Under the pieces are notes generated by a model. It had not been told where the DNA came from and searched no databases. It saw nothing but the letters and a program-made list of their open reading frames with translations. DNA of 63,679 nt, counting the filler, from Saprolegnia diclina VS20 (taxonomy: Eukaryota), in NCBI RefSeq assembly GCF_000281045.1. It is 4 parts of 2 records of this genome, joined end to end, with 100 filler letters (N's around TTAATTAATTAA, not from the genome) between each part and the next. Parts side by side here need not be neighbours in the genome. Positions count along the whole stretch, not along the records: positions 20,277 to 50,194 come from NW_008246113.1; 3 more parts are not named here. One strand, written 5' to 3'. Numbering within the stretch: the stretch's first letter is position 1; the number at the start of each line of letters is the position of its first letter. The position numbers and the translations under genes were made by a program. Of the stretch, positions 22,868-34,902 are shown piece by piece.

Positions 22868-25800
22868 ATGTATCCGTCTAAAAACACCCCTCTTAGCGCC
22901 GTTGACTGTGCTAGAACATGCCAAGACAGCTCCACGTACAAGGATACAGCTTCTGTGACCACAGGAGCAATCGATAGTAAGCACGTCGTGCGCGACGCTA
23001 GCACGCAAGAGCATACTACTGCGCGAGGACAGCACGACTTCTGGACAGAGTTGGGTGTCGGAAGCCTCGTGCTCGACCAATGGCATTTGCCACTCAACCA
23101 CAGTATCCGGATCCGCAAATTAGCGCTAGGACTCTGCCTGAGTGAGGTAAACGACCATCACTCATACCTAATTAGGCACGAGTGCACGTCGAAGTACGAA
23201 CTTCGGGTCGGTGACAACGGCCAGAAGGCAAGAAGATCCGTGGCCGATGAACCCAGCGCAGCTCCTCGAGTCGACGACCGGCGCGCATTGTGGCGCCACA
23301 ACACCGCTGCGCCAGCGGCCTCTGCGCCTCAAGCCATCGACGACGCTCCACGCGCACCAGGAAGCTGCGCTCGGCTGGATGGTCGGCCGCGAAGCCGGCA
23401 CGTCGTCGCTGCGTGGCGGCGTCTTGGCCGACGGCCCCGGCCTTGGGAAGACGCTCACGACCTTGAGCTGTCTGGCGCTGCATCCGTCGACCGACCCGAC
23501 GCTGATCGTCGTGCCCAACGCGCTCCTTGCGCAGCAATGGTACGCGGCTGCCATCCGACGTCGGGCTTATATGGCTCTAGGCTCGGCGAGATGGCGCTGC
23601 ATTTCGAACCCGACACGTGGTCGACGCTCACGTACAACCCGCGCAAGCACGAGAAGCTGTCGTTCGACGCGTCGCGCCCGCCGCCCGTCGTGCTCGTCTC
23701 GCTGCACGACATGGGCCTCGAGTGGTTGCAACACTGGCGTTGTCATGGTCACTCATGCGCGCGTAGGCATCTCTTCCAGTCCGAGCAGAGCGAGCGCGGG
23801 CGCGCCACCTCGGTGCTCTTCCACGTGCGATGGCACCGCATCGTTGTCGACGAAGTGCAAGACATTCTCGGCTCGGGTACGTCGTTGGCCGCGTCGATGG
23901 TACAAGCGCTCGACGCCCACGTGCGCTGGGGCCTCTCGGCCACGCCGCTCTCCAAGCCCATCGATCTGCTCGGTAATTTCGTTTTTTGTAGATTTTACGA
24001 CTCAAAATATCGTCGTGGATTAGGGCTCGCCAAGTACCTCGCCCTTCCGCCGTTCGACGACCCAGCCTACTGGACCCACGTCGACCCCCGCAACGCAGCG
24101 CATGCGGCGTCGATTCAGTCGCTCTTGCAGGACATTGTGTGGCGCACGCCGAGCACGTACGCTGTCGAGACACTGCAGATCCTCCCGCGTCAAACCGAGC
24201 TGCCAGTGCGTGTTGTGCACATGTCGGCGCTCGAGTTTGCGGCGTACCAGCCCGACTATGAACGGTATCCTACATCCTTTTCTAGTCTGTGACGCTATAC
24301 ATGGTGTGTAGGTTTACCAAAGATGTCGCCAAGCGCGTGCGGTCGATGCGCGGGCAGCAGGCGCAGCTGCCGCTCGCGGGCCTTCGCCGCTTGTTGGCGC
24401 ACCCGTCGACGCTCAAGCTCTGCAAGGGCGCTTGCCACGTGGCGCTCAACACGACCACAAAAGACTTGGGACGCCTCCTCGATGACCTTGTGCGGTTGCG
24501 CTCCGACGCGTGCATCGCAGCGCTCGAAAACTGCTTGCACCGGTCGCTCGACTGCCCGTCCGAGCTTGCGCCAAGTGGGTACCGGCTGCTGCGCCGTCAC
24601 ATGAGTGTGTTTCGTGTACACAGCGGGCTGCAGCTGCGACTGCTGTGGACCATGCGGACGCTGGCCGCCCGCCCGACTTCGGTTCCGTACGTTGGTTGAT
24701 ACCGTAATCCTACCCTAACCCTAACTCTCTCCAGGTTCCGCCACGAGGTCCACAAGACCGTCTTGGCGCTGCCGTCCGTGCACGTCCCTCAGTTTGTGTG
24801 GCGCAAAATCTTTGCCGAGTACCTTGGCGGTGAAGACTTCACCGATCAGATCGACGCGCTCGTGCAGCAGCAGACGTCGCCCTTGTACGACGTTGTAACG
24901 GCGCTACCACCTTTGGTCGCAGCAACCCTATACCTACCGCAGGCCGCCACCGACATTGCCAACGCTCTCCCCGCCTTTTCAAGTTAGTCGATGGCTCTCG
25001 CGCGGTAGTTGACACTGCGTATATAGCGGCCGCGTGGACCACCGACTGCATCACTGCGATGCTCGCCGATGCAAGCCAGTTGCGCCTAAGCGAAGCCGCG
25101 TCCCGTCTTGGCACATACGAGCGCTGGGTCGACCTGCAGTACGTGCGCGTGATGTGTGCCAAGGTGAGTAGAATCTGCGCTGTAGCAAGCCCGAAGTGCT
25201 CGGCCGCATCGACTGGATGGCCAAGGTTCACGAGGTCTATGCACGTGCGATCCACGACTTTAGTAGCCTTATTGCCGCTGCCCAGCACCTCGCCACGCGC
25301 AACTGGCAGCGCATCAGCGTCGCGTTTCTTCAAGCGTAATACGAACCTAGAAGACGATGAGGACTTTATCTTTGGCTGTAGGTATGGCGCCTGCGACCAC
25401 GGCCGTCGACGCATGAACCGCCGAGCAGTCCTCGGACGGGAAGAGCGCTGGTTCCGGCGCGACCAAGCACTCGGCCAAGGCCGCGGTGCGCAAGGCATTG
25501 CGGACATTTGCGAGCTCTGCCAGCTGCGCAACTTGGCCGACGACGCGCTGTACGACTCCAATCTCAGTCTCCTTGTCCGCATGTTGTATATGATAGGAGC
25601 TTTTGGCGCAGCGACAGCATGTCGCGAACGCTGCTGGCCCAGCTGCTCACGGCGCCGATGCGGACGCCGATGCGGGCGCTGGCCGAGGCGCTCGAAGCTC
25701 ATATTATGAGCGCCGGCGACGTCGCCTACCGACTTGCCAACGACGTCGACGCGCTCGTGCGTCGGACGATCGAAGTGCGCACTTGGATGGGCCCGCAGCA

Positions 25801-26719
25801 AGACGAGTCGCTCGAGGTGGCGCCGGCGGTCGCAACCCAGCGCTACGACGCCGCGGTACGCAAGCTCGACGCTGCCATGCGCTACCATACGTATGTGACG
25901 CGGCTGCGTGCGCTGCAGACGACGCTGACCACCGGCGCGCCCGTCGACTGTGACCGCTGTGCTTCGTCGCTTGCTACCATGTCGACCTGTTTTGAAATGG
26001 AGGATCCTTACGAGCGTGGGCCTGTAGGGAGCAGTGTCAGCTCCTTGCGTGTGGGCACATGCTGTGCGAAAGCTGCTGTACACCGGTGTGCCCGATCTGT
26101 GCCCGGCCAAGCCCGTTTCCGCTCGACGCCGTGCCCCGTCTGCGCAACCCGACGGCGGGCAGCAAGTTTGACGTCATTGTCGACGAAATTGCGGCGCTTC
26201 AAGACGAAGCGACGACCAAGTGCATCGTCTTTTCGCAGTGGCCCGAGGCCTTGAGCCTGCTGCAGACGGCGCTCGCGGCCAAGGACATTGGGAGCCTCCA
26301 CCTCCAGCGCACGAGCCAGACGGGCTTGCGCGACGAGTTCCAGGCCAACCCAAACGCTCGCGTGCTGCTGCTGCCGCTGAAGAAGTACAACCACGGGTGC
26401 GTCCACTTTGGACAACTTGTCGGAGATGAAGCGGACGTGCTAGGCTCAATCTGGTCGAGGCCACCCATGTGTTCTTGGTCGAGCCGACGTTCGAGCCGGC
26501 GCTGCAGGAGCAAGCAATGGCGCGCGTCCAGCGTCTGAGCCAGACGCAGACCAGCTACGTGCACCGGTGCGCGCTCAGATCGGAGTGGGGTGATGCGTAC
26601 GTTGCCATAGGTATGTCATGGCCGCGACCGTAGAAGCGCGCATGTACGAGTGGACAAGCCGCACGCAGCGCCTCACCCAAGACGACGTCTACCGCGTCTT
26701 TACCAGCGATAGTATGTAG
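22868..26719 (+). CDS. SNF2-family helicase/RING E3 ligase, SHPRH/Rad5-like (multi-exon)
   Basis: LHAHQEAALGWM, GGVLADGPGLGKT, TLIVVP, WHRIVVDEVQ, RWGLSATP, RING-like CGHMLCESCC..CPIC, KCIVFSQW, GLNLVEATHVFLVEP, QAMARVQRLSQ. Start codon uncertain. Confidence 0.85.
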
Positions 26720-26838
26720 CCTAGTTAGTCGATCGCGTTTCTTCTCGTACCCCATATACTCACTGAACCACCAACGACACTGGTACTGGCTCGGTTAATG
26801 CCTGTAAAACATTTTTATTCCAACAACGACCTCTAGGG

Positions 26839-27888
26839 TTAGGCGTAGAGGTACTTTTCATTGGCGACCCACTCGAGACCGGTCACGGGAGCCCGACCTG
26901 CGCCTGCTTGGACGAGGAGCATGCTCAACGAGTCGCTTCGGGGCGTCCGACGGCGCGCGATTTCGAATGGCAGCTCCATCGCAGGCGTCGGCCAGAGACC
27001 GACGGACGCCAACTTCCACTGCCTCGCTTCCGACAGCAAATGCGGCAAAATGAGTGCAAAAGCATCGCCGCCGATGGCGCGGTATTTGAGGACGTCGAGC
27101 TGGTCGTCTTCGAAATTGTGGGCCCAGAGCACATACCCGCGCAGCGCGTTTGTTGCAGCGTCGCGCACGCAGAGCCCGTACGACGTCGGAAGATCGCAAT
27201 ACCCGAGACGGTGGGTCGCAAAGTACCGGTATTTTGCGTGAAAATACGCAATGTACTCGGCCGTGAGGAGAAAGCCGACTTGACCTGGCTGGAGGCCGGC
27301 TGTCATATCGGCTTGGTCACGGGCGGCGATGGCGTTGAGGGCGGCCATCGAGTCGATGGCTGAGACCACGACGTGGGCGCATGCTTTGGTAGAAGTCTGC
27401 GAAACGTCAAAGTCGGCGGGGAGCACGATCTCGTCGGACGGGTGCGGCGACCACCCGTTGGCATGATAGAGCTTGGTGCCAATGTCCGAGTACAAGTTGG
27501 AGACAATGTAGTCGAATTGCTCGCGCACCAAGAAGGCCTGGAGCGTGATGGCGCCATAGCCTTGCCGCCGATGGGTCTCCGGCGTGAAGAGCGACGCGAC
27601 GCTAAATGCCTCTGCAAACATGGGCGCCGGCGCGGTGTGCGGCCAGAGAATGCAGCGCTGCGCAAAGACCTCCAAGTACCCGCGCAGGTCGAGCGTGTCT
27701 GGGTCTGTCGTTGGCACCAAGACATAGTCGGTGACGAGCTTTTGGCCAAACTTGGAGGCGCGGAATTGCACTTCACGCTCGCGGTACTCGTCAAAGGATA
27801 CGGTCGGCGCACCCCACTCGGGGTACGTGAGCACACTCACTTGGCGGCTTTGGTCCGAAGAGCCCTTGCGCAGCTCCATTGGCGGCAT
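26839..27888 (-). CDS. LYC1-like GNAT acetyltransferase (copy 2, intronless)
   Basis: VASLFTPETHRRQGYG, LYSDIGTKLYHANGW, WVANEKYLYA; collinear with copies 1 and 3. Confidence 0.8.
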   Translation of the reverse strand: MPPMELRKGSSDQSRQVSVLTYPEWGAPTVSFDEYREREVQFRASKFGQKLVTDYVLVPTTDPDTLDLRGYLEVFAQRCILWPHTAPAPMFAEAFSVASLFTPETHRRQGYGAITLQAFLVREQFDYIVSNLYSDIGTKLYHANGWSPHPSDEIVLPADFDVSQTSTKACAHVVVSAIDSMAALNAIAARDQADMTAGLQPGQVGFLLTAEYIAYFHAKYRYFATHRLGYCDLPTSYGLCVRDAATNALRGYVLWAHNFEDDQLDVLKYRAIGGDAFALILPHLLSEARQWKLASVGLWPTPAMELPFEIARRRTPRSDSLSMLLVQAGAGRAPVTGLEWVANEKYLYA

Positions 27889-28148
27889 GGCCTGTCCACT
27901 GAGAGGCTAAACGCACGCCATTTGGCCCTTAATTTTGGCCAATCCCATGTGCGCTTTTTGAAAAGCGTGGTTGTATTGGCTACTATTCTAGCCAATCCCG
28001 CGCGATATACGTGGACAGCTGGCGCAACGACTGCAACAAGGTGTGGCTTTCGTGTTGCTGGCAACAAGAACCTCGACGGATCATTGATACTAGCTGCTTG
28101 CAACGACTTTAGTATGTTCGTCATGGCATCCAAGGACACACCGTGCAT

Positions 28149-29219
28149 CTAGGCGTAGAGGTAGAGCTCGTCCGCGACCCACTGAAACGTTTCAACGCTC
28201 GTATCGCCTTCGGGATTAGCATGATTGGCTTGCACGAGCAACATCGAGAGCGAGTCGTCACGCGGCCGCGCAAGCGCTCGTATGGATTCCGGCAAGGCCA
28301 TGTCCTTGGTCGGCCAGAGACAAATGTGGTCCAAGCCCCACGCCGCGGCCTCGGCATGCAGCGTCGGCGCAAACGCTGCAAACACGTCAGTAGCGTCGTC
28401 GAGCGCCCGAAACTTGAGCACATCGAGCGTCCGTTCTTCAAAGTTGTAGGTCCAAATGACATAGCCGCGGACGACGCCGTTTTCGTGGAGGTAGACGCCG
28501 TAGTTGGTGGGAAGCGTCGTCATGTGGTGGCGGTGCACGCCACAGTAGCGGTGCTTGACGTGGTAAAACTCGATGCAGTCAGTTGTGAGTAAAAAGCCAA
28601 CCTCGCCGGGCCGTAGATTCGCCATCATCGCCGCACGATCTAGCACCGCAATGGGCTCGAGCGCCGCAAGCGACGTCATCAAAACGAGTGACGCGTCGTG
28701 GACCGGCAAGCTTGTCGACGCGACGGGCAGCAGGATTTCGTCGGACGCGACAAGGTTCCAGCCGCACTTGGCATAAAACGACGTTCCGACGTCCGAGTAG
28801 AGGTTCGAGACGAGGTAGGGCAAGGTCTTTCCCGAGCTGCTGTCGGTCATGGCCGCCATGCGCTGGAGAAAGGCTGCAAGCATAGCCGAGCCAAGACCTT
28901 GCTTCCGGTAGCCTTCGGGCGTAAAGACCGACGCCACACTGTACGCATCAAACGAAATGGGTGGCGACGCGTCGTGGGGCCGCAAGACCGCGCGCCGCTG
29001 GAAGATCTCGAGGTACCCTCGAATGTCGAGTGTGTCGGGGTCGTTCTTTGGAATAAAGACATAGTCGGCCATCCACGCGCCAAACTGCGTCGACCGGAAG
29101 TGCGCTTCGCGGACAAGGTACTGCGGGAACGTCACGTGTGGGGCACCCCACGAGGAGTACGTGAGAACATTCACGCGGTCTTCTTGGGACTTGGACCGCA
29201 GGCGCAGCTCGAGCTCCAT
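28149..29219 (-). CDS. LYC1-like GNAT acetyltransferase (copy 3, intronless)
   Basis: VASVFTPEGYRKQGLGS, LYSDVGTSFYAKCGW, WVADELYLYA. Confidence 0.8.
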   Translation of the reverse strand: MELELRLRSKSQEDRVNVLTYSSWGAPHVTFPQYLVREAHFRSTQFGAWMADYVFIPKNDPDTLDIRGYLEIFQRRAVLRPHDASPPISFDAYSVASVFTPEGYRKQGLGSAMLAAFLQRMAAMTDSSSGKTLPYLVSNLYSDVGTSFYAKCGWNLVASDEILLPVASTSLPVHDASLVLMTSLAALEPIAVLDRAAMMANLRPGEVGFLLTTDCIEFYHVKHRYCGVHRHHMTTLPTNYGVYLHENGVVRGYVIWTYNFEERTLDVLKFRALDDATDVFAAFAPTLHAEAAAWGLDHICLWPTKDMALPESIRALARPRDDSLSMLLVQANHANPEGDTSVETFQWVADELYLYA

Positions 29220-29631
29220 CAGTTCGCACCGTCCGTCGACTGGTTCAAGAAGTGCGCCATCATTTTGCGATCATCTCAAGGTGGTCGCAAATTGTGACCA
29301 ATCAAATTCGTGTGTAACAGGCAATTGGATTCTTTTCGGCCAATCGGCGTTGCCTTTCAAAATGAATTCGGGGCGATCGCCACGCGGTCGGCGGCTTCGT
29401 CCAAGCCTAATAACTTTGATGCCCTGATACCATACAGTCGAAGCTCCCTAATTGCATATCCCGAAACTCGATATTCCTCTCCAGTGTGATACCGTCCGAC
29501 CTTGATTTTTTACAACTCAAAACGTAATAAAATAAATTCGATTCACGCAGCCAACCATTTGATCCGCAAAGCAACCCGCCGAATGACCAAGAAGCCGCCA
29601 CGCGCAGATCCTACCCAGTACCAAGCACGCC

Positions 29632-29883
29632 GTGTCCAACCCAGTCACGGAGATGGACGAGCTTGGCGCAGCAATGAAGATGCTCGCTGTCGGAGCTCGT
29701 GCAAGAGGTTTTGTCTTCGACGTGCCCTCAGCTGCAGAGTACGTTGACTCTGGCGAAACGGACGCCTTGACGCTCTTGGGGTACCTCACAATCGACCAGA
29801 TTTGCGACTTCGTGAGCTACGTCGACGAGGATGATGAGGTCGCTTTGATATTCAACTCCGCTCTTGAATGCGACCAGTTTTGA
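29632..29883 (+). mobile_element. Possible relic of a pogo/Tigger-like transposase C-terminus
   Basis: AAEYVDSGE..LTIDQICDFVSYVDEDDE resembles the acidic tail of pogo-type transposases; no DDE core or TIRs seen. Confidence 0.2.
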
Positions 29884-31502
29884 TCATCACGAGAAAAATA
29901 TTATTCATGGGCTTTATATTTCTTACCTTGCACAATTAATATACCTCTCTGATGCATAAATTATCCACTATGCAATTAGGGGGCTTCGACTGTATTCGAG
30001 TCCTCCCGCAGTCTTCTGGCGATAGCAAGAAGGAGAGTCCACGGATACTGTGCTTTGTCGACTTGGTCACCTCTGTTGGACAGTGGTAGGCACGTAGGAG
30101 CTGGACACGGTGCAGACGTTGTCGGTCCTCGCCGTCTAGCACATTGCATCTGGACTGGCATGGCGGACACGACAATTCACGCCGTGGACATTGGCGCCAC
30201 AGCAGTGGACATTTGCTGTCGCACGATGACGAATCTCAAATCTCCAGTGCAGAATAAACTCACTTCACCAACGAATCTCGAGTCAAACGCCTGTAAATTT
30301 CACAAAAACCTCTCTCGGCGGCTTTCGCCAGCATCATGGATCGAATCCCAACCTTATCATTCGTACAATTGTATCTGTTCCAAAAACGATCTTGTGACGC
30401 TTGTTCGTCAATGACATCAACCGCCTCGGAACATCGGTCGTTCTCAATACGTTTACTGTGATGACGCCGTCCTCGGTCTCGAGTGAACACGGCGGACGCC
30501 GATCGCGAACCCGACACGTTGCGTCGGATGCTTCGCGCTTGATCACGAAACGACGTACCGCCAAAGCGCGCCAGAGGCAAAGTTGAAGTAGTAGCTTTGC
30601 GATCAGCCGCGCAGAAAACACACGATGGCGAGCGTCTTCCAGCGCCTGCTCTACCTAGCACTTCTTCCGAGGGCGGGAACCATACTTTGCCTCGCGGAAT
30701 CGCATCGCCTCTTGTGTTCAATTTGGATTTTTCATTTTTAAATCGCAAAAAACGATTGGACATTCCGACTTGAAGACACGCATCTTGTTCGATGCCGCCA
30801 AAGATACTCGGTCGGAATCGCTCGTATACGACGCCACGACATGCTGGGTGGTGCATGTCGCTTTTCTGATCAAGCATTTTTGGCCTTTCAACACGTGATG
30901 ACGCACGCACGTGAGAGCTGTGTAAATAGTCTCGCAGATAGCGTAATGTGCCAACTTATGCAGCGCGGAGCTGCACCGCTGTCGCAACCAAGACGACGTC
31001 GTCCGAGCTTCAAGTTGCGGCCTTGTTTTTATCGCTGGCGCTGGCGCCACATTCGGATGGTGTGTTCGTGGCGCCGTGTTCCTCTCGCCTCCGACCCACG
31101 TGTAATAGGACAACCCCGTTTCATACTTCACTGCCACGGACGCAGGCGATTTGATGGTCTATTGCATAGCCTGCCGCGACCATTCCTTTGCATGCTGGGT
31201 ACTCGTTCAAGTAGCCACATAATATAGATATAGATAGCTCAAGGATGCTGTTGCCGTTGTCCGTACACTCGCGTCGCTATTCGTCGATCAACTGCTGCGA
31301 CCACCACAGAGGAATGGCAGGTGCAAAGTGAAAAATCCACATCGCTTATCCGTGCGTCAGTGAATTTGCCGCCATTCTACGCGATAGGATTGGCCGGATC
31401 GCAACAATCCGGATAATCTGCGCGACGCCATTGGCCAATGGCCGACGGCCGGTTAGAAATCGGGCTTGTCCCAGTTGAGACTTTGACCAGCTTCAGAAGC
31501 GG

Positions 31503-31519
31503 TCACTTTTACATCTGCC
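31503..31519 (+). promoter_or_regulatory. Oomycete Inr/FPR-like core promoter
   Basis: TCACTTTTACATCTGCC just before the ATG of orphan gene A. Confidence 0.4.
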
Positions 31520-31525
31520 CACTGC

Positions 31526-31984
31526 ATGCACATGGTCTGCCCGCCGTCGACCAAGCCGTCGGGCTTGAAGAAGCTATGGACCAAGGTGGTCCACCCGTTC
31601 TCGCACGCCGTACCGGCCAAGGAGCCGCCGGTCAAGGATACGCAAGCATACATCTGCACCTGCGTGCAGCTCAACGTGCTCGCGGCGCGCCGCCGCCAAG
31701 CCATGGCCCCGCCCGCGCGCGCAGCGGCCACCATGGCGCCCATCGCACTTCCCGATGAGTTTCGCATGGAGAAGAAGGACAAGACACTGGTCAGTGGGCA
31801 CCGCGTGCCCTACTGCCCGATCCAGAACCAGCGCTGGAAGAGCTACCGCAAGGCGCGCACGTTTGAAGCGATCGCTGAAGACGACGATGCGCTGGACGCC
31901 AACCAACCGATCGTTTGCCCTGGCTGCATGGCGCGATCGAGTCTCTCGACAGTCACGAGCCACGACCTCGAGGACGACTACTAG
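31526..31984 (+). CDS. Orphan small-protein family member A (about 150 aa)
   Basis: LKKLWTK, YICTC, PIALP, LVSGHRVPYCPIQ, FEAIAEDDD, CPGC; homologous to B-E; strong codon bias. ATG 31526 or 31532. Confidence 0.8.
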   Translation: MHMVCPPSTKPSGLKKLWTKVVHPFSHAVPAKEPPVKDTQAYICTCVQLNVLAARRRQAMAPPARAAATMAPIALPDEFRMEKKDKTLVSGHRVPYCPIQNQRWKSYRKARTFEAIAEDDDALDANQPIVCPGCMARSSLSTVTSHDLEDDY

Positions 31985-32842
31985 ACACAACAACCGTTCC
32001 TGGGCCTATTTAAGCGCAATCGCACAACCGTATTATTTATTTACGAATCCCAGAATCTCGTCGAGCTTGAAGCACCCAAAAAGCACTGCTGAACGCGCGC
32101 TACTCGACACGTCAGAAGCTGCTTGTACTTCAGAGTCATGGCATCCAGAATGCTGCACGGCGTTGAAAACGAACAACGAACGGTCGTCGGAACGAGGCGG
32201 AACGGCAAGATTCGTACTGCACTGCACGTCTCGTCTCGCTGCAATGTAAGGAACCAACGTGTACCGAAGACCATCACCGACACTGTCTCTCGGTCGTCTT
32301 GGTGGCGCGTGCAAGAAGCGAGCCGGTCGACTGTCGCAGATCTGGAATCTCAACGGTTGTCCCGTCCCATGTTTCAAGTCCATTGGCTGGATTCAGCGTG
32401 GACCCATCACCTCGGTTCGTGTTGGGCGATCTGCGGCGGCTCGTTCTTTGACAGCACAGAAACGCAGTGCGATTTTGCACGTTGTTTGAATATCGGTCGT
32501 CTCTCGAGGACCTTGGCTTTTTCTATGGCGCTGCTGTCCATGGCAGTGTACCTGGCAGTGTAGTGTTCTTAACGGCCGACGTCTCTGTTGCTGTCACTGA
32601 TGCGCGTAATCACTCTCGTCCGCTACAGCCGCACAATCCCATCACGTGTACACGCATCATCCTAGCTTGCGTGTTCCCATGCATGGCTGCAGTATAGCCA
32701 TCGTGGATGCTGCGGGCGCTGCCTGAGGACCCCCGGTCACCCATGTCTAGGCCATGACCTGACTAGGGGTCCTGCTGCCTGGTGGATGCGGCATCTTCAC
32801 GTTCCAGCTGGTGCAAATTGCAGCTATCACCGCCTCGTTTAT

Positions 32843-32859
32843 TCATTTGCCGATTTGAC
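32843..32859 (+). promoter_or_regulatory. Oomycete Inr/FPR-like core promoter
   Basis: TCATTTGCCGATTTGAC immediately before the ATG of orphan gene B. Confidence 0.45.
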
Positions 32860-32860
32860 C

Positions 32861-33253
32861 ATGGCCATCCACGACCGAGAGACCGAGCCAAAAGCCGCGA
32901 CGCTCAAGTCATGGTGGCGCAAGCTGCTACTGGCGAAAGAAGGCGCCGAGTGCACGTGCCACAAGCTGCCCTACCACGCCGACGCCAAGCGCCGGGCCAA
33001 AGCCGCCAACCAGCGCCAGAAGAAGACAACCATTTTCGTCTGGTCGCCGATGCAGCTGCCGCGGAAATACAAAAGCGATATGCGGAATCGCGCGCTCGTG
33101 GGCGGCCGCCCCGTCCCTTTCATTCCGTCCCAAAACGACAAGTGGAAAACCTATCGCAACAGCAGCTCGTTCGAAGCCATTGATGAAGACATATTGTGCA
33201 CATTTTGCGCCCTTCGATGCACACGCGACGAGAGCGACGTGGACACGTGGTGA
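32861..33253 (+). CDS. Orphan small-protein family member B (130 aa)
   Basis: LKSWWRKL, ECTC, PMQLP, LVGGRPVPFIPSQ, FEAIDED, CTFC. Confidence 0.8.
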   Translation: MAIHDRETEPKAATLKSWWRKLLLAKEGAECTCHKLPYHADAKRRAKAANQRQKKTTIFVWSPMQLPRKYKSDMRNRALVGGRPVPFIPSQNDKWKTYRNSSSFEAIDEDILCTFCALRCTRDESDVDTW

Positions 33254-34902
33254 TTTTGCGTTGAATGTCATAATAGTAATGGACGTTTTTGAGAGTTTAC
33301 GGAATAGCTCCACGTTTTAGTACATCGCTAGCGCATGCCAAGATTCGATTCACAAAGAGAGGATAGAATAGGACGCTATTACCTGCATTCGACACGACCC
33401 GAGTCCAGCTACAGATGGCACTCCCAACCTCAATGGACAAAGTTGTGTCCTGGCGCCCAAATAAAAAACAGCAAGTCCAACGGCAGCTCACAAGATAATT
33501 TCGAGCTTGTCGGGGCATTTCATTCGAACGCGCAGGATCGATGGCGATACCATGGGCACTTTGTGGGCGGTTCAACGACGAGAGCACCGCCACGAAAGAC
33601 TTGTCGAATGTATCAACTGCATACATTGATACTCTAAAAACACACACTTGACACAAATGATCCCGAGCGCGCCAGTGCGAAGCCGATCGCAAGCAACAAT
33701 GACGTCGGGCTCCATCTTCGTCATGCGACGGATCCGAAGCGCAGCTCTTGTCTTTGGACCCAAAAGACGTCGCACGTTCGGTCGTTCGTTCGTTCGCTGT
33801 CCACGGGACAGAGACGTCGACGCATCCGTGTCGGACTGCACCCACTCAAGCTCAAACTCAATGGACATGTCGTTCTTGCTTTCGACTAGAGACAGTTGAA
33901 GCGATGGTGTCACGCATTCGTGTCGTGCAAGGGCATACAACGCAGCCATAACCCGTTTGCCACAGGAAAAATCAATTTTTTTCATTTTTGGTTGTGCGCG
34001 GCTAGATCATGAAATTGGGTACTAATAGCAGACACGTACTCATACCACCTTCCACACCTGACACATCTACCCCATGAAAGCGACTAAACTAAATTAAATC
34101 CATCCGCGAAAAATGGCGATCGTCGTCACTCCACCGCGCATCTTCCCAAGGTTCCAGATTCGCACGTCAGCGGCCTCGGAATATGTGTCACGAATGTCGG
34201 TCAACGGGTCGTGATCACCGAAATCGAAATCTGGCGTTTGAAATCCACCACGCGCAGCTTGCTGGAACGCGCATTGTGGTACATAACAAAATAAAATAAA
34301 TTAGCCGCACAGTCTATAAAATAGTATAGGATGGTTGTTGGAGGTTGTGAATTGAAAAATGCAGAAATCGAAACGTCGACTCCCATCATTCCAGTGTGCT
34401 GATGGCCATCATGGACGAGCGCCGACCGCTCGGCTGATAGGCGTTTGACATGTTAACTCGCAGATACGCCCGCAATTTTCAATACTCTATAAAGTATTAC
34501 TTTTCTACAATGTGAGAGCGTCTGGAGCGAAGGCAGACGAAGCACGATATCTGCATGTCGAAGCCAGTGAACGCACGTGCATGAGAAGCCGAGGAAGATT
34601 CTTTCTTCTCAGTTCCTCACATTCCAAAACGCCATCGGCTTCATCGAAGGACGATGAGCGACGACTTCAACGTGGTCGGTACATGCGCCATGAAGGCGGT
34701 TGCGTTGACGCCAGCTTTGGGCTGCGGCCATCAAGCTACTCCTTGTCCACGATCCCGGTTAGTCAACGGAGTTCGATTATCCGGACAATATACTGGATCG
34801 TTGTATGGCTTGGCAGCCAACGGCTCTGTATCCGGATGTCGGAAGCAGAATGTAGGTATTTCGAACGTTGCGATCGGCGGCTGTCAGATTAAGATTTTCA
34901 GC

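Noticed and set aside
24712..24725. CCCTAACCCTAA telomere-like hexamers (similar short CCCTAG/CCCTAA strings elsewhere)
   Set aside because: Only two units, inside an intron where CTAAC is a plausible branch point.
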